This document shows, piece by piece, positions 58,616 through 64,000 of a stretch of 64,000 nucleotides of DNA. Made by a program: the position numbers and the translations under genes. The DNA lies in assembly GCF_058153355.1 (NCBI RefSeq), contig NZ_CM177019.1; one strand, 5' to 3'. Position 1 is the stretch's first letter. Each line of letters opens with the position of its first letter. Below the pieces are notes generated by a model, which saw nothing but the letters and a program-made list of their open reading frames with translations, ran no database searches and had not been told where the DNA came from.

Positions 58616-59846
58616 TTTTTGGGGGCTTAAAATCTCCTGCCGGGTTAGCAGCATTCACGCTTACCAGCATCTCATCCAGCCCTTCAACCGGATTCATATC
58701 CTCGAATGCGCGGGCCTCATTACGGCTCATCCATCCATCGGTAATAGCGAAGTGATAGAATTGCGCGCGCTCCTGCGGAGTTCCGCGTAAAAGCCCCGTC
58801 AGATTGAACCTGACGTAATACCCGGCGGCTAACTCAGCGCGGGTAAACAAGCGACGGTTAAGCTCCTGCTCCCAGTTCGTCACCCACGGCATCATCGTGT
58901 AGCGGACAAACTGAATCGCCTGCGCAGAAATATTGGAGAAGGTGGCTTTTTCGAGGTCATTAATCATGTGCGCAGGAATATTGAAAATACCGGCAATCAT
59001 TGAACGGTTCAGTTTCATCATGTCAATGATCTGAGCGTCAACTGGCGACACAGTCAGTGCCTTGTAATCCAGATCGGCTGGCAACAGCATGGTTTTGTTT
59101 TCCTGGCTGCGTAACGCCTGCGATGCCTTCTGCCACTGATCTTTAAGCCAGCCCCAGCTGTCCTTATTGAGTCCGCTTTTAACGGATACTATCCCCGCCG
59201 GACGGGCATTACCGCTGAAGAAGCTTTCTGTGTATTTCTGACCGCTCATCCCCATGCCTATTGTTTCGGCATGTTGCATAATCGGACTCAGCCCCATCTT
59301 CTGATTATTACCCAGCGCACGAATGTGGATCATATCGTCGGGGCTGATCGCAAACGCCCCATATTCGTTGTACAAACCGTAGGTGTATCGGCCACCAGTA
59401 TTCATCAGCGTCGTTTCCCACGGCATACAGCAATCCAGGGATATGACTTCACCGCGACGATTACGTTTCACCCAGGTATACCCATTCCCCCAGCCAAGGA
59501 TGTGACGTTGCTTCAGTTCGCGCCATTTGTAACTGGTTTGCCAGGTATTGGGCTCATCATGAACCAGATAAAACGCCGGATGATCGCGTGCGGGCTCAAC
59601 CTTCCCATTGTGCCTGCGCATAACATGCAACGGCATCTGGGCAAGGCTGGAAGACAGGACATAGATACAGGAATACACCGCAGCCAGTTTCATCGCAGTT
59701 TCAGGACTGACATAAACGTCTGCCCGGAACAGCCCATCAGTATCAACGGCATCCCCGGTTATCGGGGTGGAAGGATTCTCCAGTGCTTTACTTCTGAACA
59801 GAGCATCAAGCAGCACGCGTCCCCCTTCTGGCCATAGCCAGTGCAC
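58590..59846 (-). CDS. Portal protein (HK97-family)
   Basis: 418-aa ORF between terminase and protease. Confidence 0.85.
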   Translation of the reverse strand: MHWLWPEGGRVLLDALFRSKALENPSTPITGDAVDTDGLFRADVYVSPETAMKLAAVYSCIYVLSSSLAQMPLHVMRRHNGKVEPARDHPAFYLVHDEPNTWQTSYKWRELKQRHILGWGNGYTWVKRNRRGEVISLDCCMPWETTLMNTGGRYTYGLYNEYGAFAISPDDMIHIRALGNNQKMGLSPIMQHAETIGMGMSGQKYTESFFSGNARPAGIVSVKSGLNKDSWGWLKDQWQKASQALRSQENKTMLLPADLDYKALTVSPVDAQIIDMMKLNRSMIAGIFNIPAHMINDLEKATFSNISAQAIQFVRYTMMPWVTNWEQELNRRLFTRAELAAGYYVRFNLTGLLRGTPQERAQFYHFAITDGWMSRNEARAFEDMNPVEGLDEMLVSVNAANPAGDFKPPKNDEGKTNE

Positions 59847-59963
59847 CCACCAGCAGTAAACCGCCGGACAGCATCAGAGCCGGAGCCATACCAAACTGCA
59901 GGTAAAACCCGCACGCAAGCAGGCCAAAACCAGCCAGCCCGATAACATCAGCAATTAGTGATT

Positions 59964-61697
59964 TCATAGAATTAAGAGAGCATCGTCCGGATCAAGAGAT
60001 GAGAGGAAATCGTCGGGTTCTTTGAGCATTGCCCGACCGATCGCCATAATCAGTGCAACCGCACCATCGATTTTGTTTTCCGCCTGCTCCTTGACAGGCT
60101 TCACCACATCATCGTTACCCGGAATAGTTTTGCCGACCACGTTGCCGATACACCAGGTCATGATGGGATTGCCGTCATGATGAAAGCGCCCCGATTCAAT
60201 CGCCGCTTCCAGCTCTTTCATCGGATCGGACATGTTGGTGTAGTTCTGAATGATGGTGATGGGGTTCAGGTCTTCATCAGCAAGGTCATGCGACAGCCCG
60301 GTCGCCCCGAAGGGGTCGATGGGTGACTCACTGACCGGGCTGATTTTGTTCGCCGCTTTGGCCTCCTCGAGGATGTAGCGATAATCCACCTCCGCACCAG
60401 CGGTAACAGTCAGAACGCCCATTTCCACCCATTTCTGAAAGCGTTCGGCTGTCCGGCGATCTTCATTTTTCTCGACGCTGTACACCGTGTCATACGGTAC
60501 CCAGAAACGCGGAGCCACACTGTAGTAATGCGTTTTACCGTCAATCTCGCGGGTATAAAGTCGCGCCATGCTGTTCATATCCAGCTTACGCGCCAGGTCA
60601 AAGGCCAGAATGCACGGCTGCCCCTCGAACTGCTCAAGGGACAGTGATTTATCCTCGCAGCTCTGCCAGCTCACCAGGTTGAAATACGCCGAACGCGCCG
60701 ACACCCAGATATTGAGGTGTTTTGTTTTAAAGACGTTTGCCAGACGGGCGTTATTTTTCGCACGCTGCTGCTGACTTAACAAAAATTCGCGATAAACCGA
60801 CACGCCAATATTCGGGTTAGCTTTTTCCAGCACCTGCGGGTCGGTCCAGTCATCGCCTTCGTCAACGGTATAGATGATCCCGAACAATTCATCGTTGGGT
60901 ACCGACCCGTTGAGCATCTCGATAACTTCCCGCCGCTTGTCGTAGCACGGCCCCTCAATGTTGTACCCGGCGGTGGTGATGGCCCACATCAGTGGCTGAC
61001 GTCGCGCCCCCATCCCGGTAAGCATCGTGGTATAAAGCGCATCGGTGGCGTGCTCGTGATATTCATCCACGACGGCACAGTGGGGTGATGAACCATCACC
61101 GGGGTTACCGATCAGCGGTTCAAACCGCGCGCCATCCTCCGGACGGTTCATGTTTGAGGCGTTAACCTCAATCCCGAACGCTTCCGTCAGCATGGGTGTG
61201 CGTTTACACATCAGTCGAGCCGGGCGAAAGACTTCCCACGCCTGTTTCTCTGTCGTGGCACCGGAATACACTTCCGCGCCAAACTCGTTATCACAGGCAA
61301 AACAATACAGGGCAACACCGGCAGAGATTGCCGATTTGCCGTTCTTACGGGGGATTTCGGTATACACCTCCCTGAAGCGGCGCAGCCGGGAGCCTTTATT
61401 GACCCAGCCAAACGCACAGCAGATCACAAAGAGCTGCCACGGTTCCAGCGTGATGGGCATCCTCTTGAATGCCCACTCCCCCTTGGTGTGTGGCAACAGC
61501 TGAATAAATTTCGCGGCCCGTTCAGCCAGGTCCTTGTCGAAGCGGTAACGAAACGACTTACTTTTTTCCGCCATCAGGTCATCAAGATGGCGCTGGCAGG
61601 CCTGAATCACAAACTGGCAGGCCACAATCTTTCCGCGCACGACATCACGGGCATACTGATTGGCAGCATTTACGTTGGGGTAAGATTTCCGGCTCAT
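59964..61697 (-). CDS. Terminase large subunit
   Basis: 577-aa ORF with ATPase and nuclease regions. Confidence 0.9.
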   Translation of the reverse strand: MSRKSYPNVNAANQYARDVVRGKIVACQFVIQACQRHLDDLMAEKSKSFRYRFDKDLAERAAKFIQLLPHTKGEWAFKRMPITLEPWQLFVICCAFGWVNKGSRLRRFREVYTEIPRKNGKSAISAGVALYCFACDNEFGAEVYSGATTEKQAWEVFRPARLMCKRTPMLTEAFGIEVNASNMNRPEDGARFEPLIGNPGDGSSPHCAVVDEYHEHATDALYTTMLTGMGARRQPLMWAITTAGYNIEGPCYDKRREVIEMLNGSVPNDELFGIIYTVDEGDDWTDPQVLEKANPNIGVSVYREFLLSQQQRAKNNARLANVFKTKHLNIWVSARSAYFNLVSWQSCEDKSLSLEQFEGQPCILAFDLARKLDMNSMARLYTREIDGKTHYYSVAPRFWVPYDTVYSVEKNEDRRTAERFQKWVEMGVLTVTAGAEVDYRYILEEAKAANKISPVSESPIDPFGATGLSHDLADEDLNPITIIQNYTNMSDPMKELEAAIESGRFHHDGNPIMTWCIGNVVGKTIPGNDDVVKPVKEQAENKIDGAVALIMAIGRAMLKEPDDFLSSLDPDDALLIL

Positions 61698-62197
61698 GAT
61701 TCGATGATTTTCAGAAACGGGTTAGTGGCTTTCTTCTGCCCCGCCAGGCCAATCAGACGCTGGCGGCTGCTGGGGTCGAGTCCGAGCATTGCCCCCGTGC
61801 TGCTCATCTCGGACTCCTGTTCTTTTTTGGCTGTCAGCTCCGGATTTTTGACCCTGCCGCCCATTGCGCCGGTGATGGTGTTGCCCTGTATGGCAATATT
61901 TTTCACGGCACGTCGCCAGAACTCATAGGCCACGCACCACCGCTCAAGCACCGCGAGGTCAGTCACGCACAGCAGGCCCTGACCGCAGAGTTCTTTGGTT
62001 GTCAGTTGCCACATGATCGTGGCGAGAGTGAGATCTTCTTCAGCGAACCACTCCGGTGGCTCAACACCTTTGATGGGCGTAAAAACAGGTTCATCTTTGT
62101 TCAGGGCTCGCTTGCCGGGGTTTCCGGCCAGCGCCTTGCGCGCCGTTGGCTTGGGGCGACGCCCGGAACGCCCCGCCGTTCCAGCCATATGCGGCAC
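61694..62197 (-). CDS. Terminase small subunit (P27-family-like)
   Basis: 167-aa ORF overlapping the terminase large start. Confidence 0.8.
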   Translation of the reverse strand: MPHMAGTAGRSGRRPKPTARKALAGNPGKRALNKDEPVFTPIKGVEPPEWFAEEDLTLATIMWQLTTKELCGQGLLCVTDLAVLERWCVAYEFWRRAVKNIAIQGNTITGAMGGRVKNPELTAKKEQESEMSSTGAMLGLDPSSRQRLIGLAGQKKATNPFLKIIES

Positions 62198-62313
62198 TCC
62201 TGGTTAAATTTCATTTTTCGCGGGTATAAAAAAACGATGGGGCGGGCAGTCCGGAAGACGTCAGGTCACAGAGATTTGACCCGCCCCTCCCCTCAGACAG
62301 TTGAGAATTATTA
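62198..62313. other. Candidate cos / packaging-initiation region
   Basis: Intergenic between the HNH gene and terminase small subunit; GC-rich inverted motifs ggggcgggcag and gacccgcccctcccc. Confidence 0.3.
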
Positions 62314-62664
62314 TCACTTAAGTCGTTCACGGGCCGTCTTCGCCTTATGACACGGCCAGCACAGACTCTGCAGATTACAGTCGGCATCAGTGCCGCCATG
62401 CGCTTTAGGGATGATGTGGTCAACGGTTTTCGCCTCACGCACCACACCAGCACGCAGACATAACTGACACAGGCCTTTGTCACGCTTCAGGACACGCGCG
62501 CGGATACTGTCCCACTTCGAACCATAGCCGCGCTGATGACGGGACTGACCTGGCTTGTATTGCTTCCAGCCTTCACTTTTGTGGCTTTCGCAATAGCCTG
62601 ACGGGTCAGTGGTTGTAGAGCTGCAGCCGCGAATACGGCAGGCCTTTGGGATTCGTGGTGGCAT
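62314..62664 (-). CDS. HNH endonuclease (packaging-associated)
   Basis: 116-aa ORF with Cys pairs (C..C ... C..C) and His-Asn-His signature, immediately upstream of terminase. Confidence 0.85.
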   Translation of the reverse strand: MPPRIPKACRIRGCSSTTTDPSGYCESHKSEGWKQYKPGQSRHQRGYGSKWDSIRARVLKRDKGLCQLCLRAGVVREAKTVDHIIPKAHGGTDADCNLQSLCWPCHKAKTARERLK

Positions 62665-62689
62665 TTATCAATCTCCACTCAATTCCTTT

Positions 62690-63214
62690 CTACTTCGTCA
62701 TCATTTTACTAAGTTCCTGAGGAGTCAATTCCCATGTAATAAACCGAGAAGACTCCAAAACATCATCTTCTCCGAGCAAGTATTTACGTATATTCTTCAT
62801 GAAGACCCTATAATCTGGGGCATCATTCTTGTGCGACAGAATTTTAGACAATTCCGTTGCTAGATCAGCTGGTAACCATAAAAAAGCCTCATTTGTTAAT
62901 TGTCTTAATCTTTTTCTGTCATAGGGATTTGTCATCCATTCAGACATAAGCTCGGCAATTAATGCCGACTTCATTCTTATCTCATGTTGCCTTTTTTGCT
63001 TATCCAGAATAACAGTGTTTGCTGTTTTTATTGTTTCAAGCATAACATCGTATTCATGCTTGACTGCATTCTGCACAGTGCTTTGTAGCCAAGTTCTCCC
63101 AATAAAAAACATTAAAGGGAGTATTACAACCCAAGCGATTACATTTGCTATCCAACCAGCGTCCATATCTATCCTCATGAAAATAAAAATGATTAACACA
63201 CAAGCTGTTAGCAT
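62690..63214 (-). CDS. Hypothetical membrane-anchored protein (prophage moron candidate)
   Basis: 174-aa ORF with two N-terminal hydrophobic helices, AT-rich coding sequence, wedged between lysis cassette and HNH/terminase. Confidence 0.5.
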   Translation of the reverse strand: MLTACVLIIFIFMRIDMDAGWIANVIAWVVILPLMFFIGRTWLQSTVQNAVKHEYDVMLETIKTANTVILDKQKRQHEIRMKSALIAELMSEWMTNPYDRKRLRQLTNEAFLWLPADLATELSKILSHKNDAPDYRVFMKNIRKYLLGEDDVLESSRFITWELTPQELSKMMTK

Positions 63215-63225
63215 ATAACATTATT

Positions 63226-63483
63226 TCAATGATTACTTCTTTTGCTTTCTATTTTGCGGATTGCAACTTTATCTTGATTACATTGATTTAATGCTGATAA
63301 CAAATTCACATTCAAATCAAGACTTGCACCATACGTCAGTGGGTTGGGTATAAACGGTACAGGAGTATCAGAAGTCAAGCTGACTGGTAGTGGTGTCTTC
63401 GGAATGCTCACGTAAACTGTTCGCGTACTTCCGCAACCTGTCAGCAGCGGCAGCAGGTACAGGACGGGCAGCACAATCATCAT
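63226..63483 (-). CDS. o-spanin (Rz1-like outer-membrane lipoprotein)
   Basis: +1-frame ORF overlapping the end of Rz; MMIVLPVLYLLPLLTGC lipobox, proline-rich mature region. Confidence 0.6.
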   Translation of the reverse strand: MMIVLPVLYLLPLLTGCGSTRTVYVSIPKTPLPVSLTSDTPVPFIPNPLTYGASLDLNVNLLSALNQCNQDKVAIRKIESKRSNH

Positions 63484-63760
63484 CCGCAACAGCCACTTTA
63501 ATATCTTCCTGGGTTCTCTGTGACTCCAGTGCGATCTGCTGTTTTGCATGCTGGTTAGCCTCCAGAACTGTATTGACGATTTGCATTGATTGCAGGACGT
63601 TATTGGTAATGGCAGTTGCTGATTCAGCATTTTGTACAGCCTCATCAGCACGTTTCTTTTCGTACTGATATTTGCTGTAGTAGTAGTTGGCTGACCAGAT
63701 GAAAGAACCAATGGCAGTAACGAAAAAAGCAGCGATAATCAGCTTATAACTCAACTTCAT
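63368..63760 (-). CDS. i-spanin (Rz-like)
   Basis: 130-aa ORF with N-terminal TM helix and coiled-coil region, immediately downstream of endolysin. Confidence 0.7.
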   Translation of the reverse strand: MKLSYKLIIAAFFVTAIGSFIWSANYYYSKYQYEKKRADEAVQNAESATAITNNVLQSMQIVNTVLEANQHAKQQIALESQRTQEDIKVAVADDDCAARPVPAAAADRLRKYANSLREHSEDTTTSQLDF

Positions 63761-64000
63761 TTACCACCCCACCAGCCTCTTTAAATCGGGCAATCAGGTC
63801 ACCGATTTTATGTTCATACTGACCGTAACCTGCGCCCGGCAGTGAAGCCCAGATATTGCTGCAACGATCGATAGCCTGACGGATATCACCGCGATCAATC
63901 ATCGGTAAAGCGCCACGCTCTTTAATCTGCTGCAATGCCACTGCGTCCTGGCTTTTGGGGGAGAAGTCTTTCAGACCAAGCTGTTTACGGTAAGCATCCC
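63744..64000 (-). CDS. Endolysin, lambda R-like lytic transglycosylase (C-terminal part; gene runs off window end)
   Basis: C-terminus …RCSNIWASLPGAGYGQYEHKIGDLIARFKEAGGVVNEVEL resembles lambda R; reading frame open to the window edge. Confidence 0.7.
   Translation of the reverse strand, partial: DAYRKQLGLKDFSPKSQDAVALQQIKERGALPMIDRGDIRQAIDRCSNIWASLPGAGYGQYEHKIGDLIARFKEAGGVVNEVEL

Larger units (their letters stand above)
41358..64000. mobile_element. Prophage (one arm; continues beyond window end) abutting the 5' end of prfC
   Basis: Contiguous block of phage genes: dinI, invertase remnant, invertible tail-fibre cassette, Mu-like baseplate/tail, HK97-like head and packaging, HNH, spanins, endolysin; K-12 genes yjjG/rimI/holD expected upstream of prfC are not seen. 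Confidence 0.85.

Overview
This window is an Escherichia coli-type chromosomal segment, in reverse orientation relative to the K-12 map around the genome origin, carrying two accessory insertions. Gene identities come from reading the translated ORFs against remembered E. coli proteins; no database search was run. The core runs mog(partial)-talB-yaaJ-yaaA-[IS]-yaaX-thrCBA-thrL-yjtD-yjjY-arcA-creDCBA-rob-gpmB-yjjX-trpR-slt-ettA-nadR-radA-serB-ytjB-lplA-[small ORF where K-12 has yjjJ]-deoDBAC-yjjI-yjjW-yjjV-yjjU-ytjA-osmY-prfC. The first insertion (about 3871..5152) is an IS110-family element, IS621-like, sitting in a REP palindrome between yaaA and yaaX; it encodes a 326-aa recombinase and an upstream ~178-nt non-coding leader that looks like a bridge (guide) RNA. 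The second (about 41358 to beyond 64000) is one arm of a prophage abutting the 5' end of prfC, with an HK97-like head/packaging module, a Mu-like contractile tail and baseplate, and a Mu G-segment-like invertible tail-fibre cassette whose invertase is reduced to a pseudogene. No tRNA, rRNA or CRISPR array was seen.
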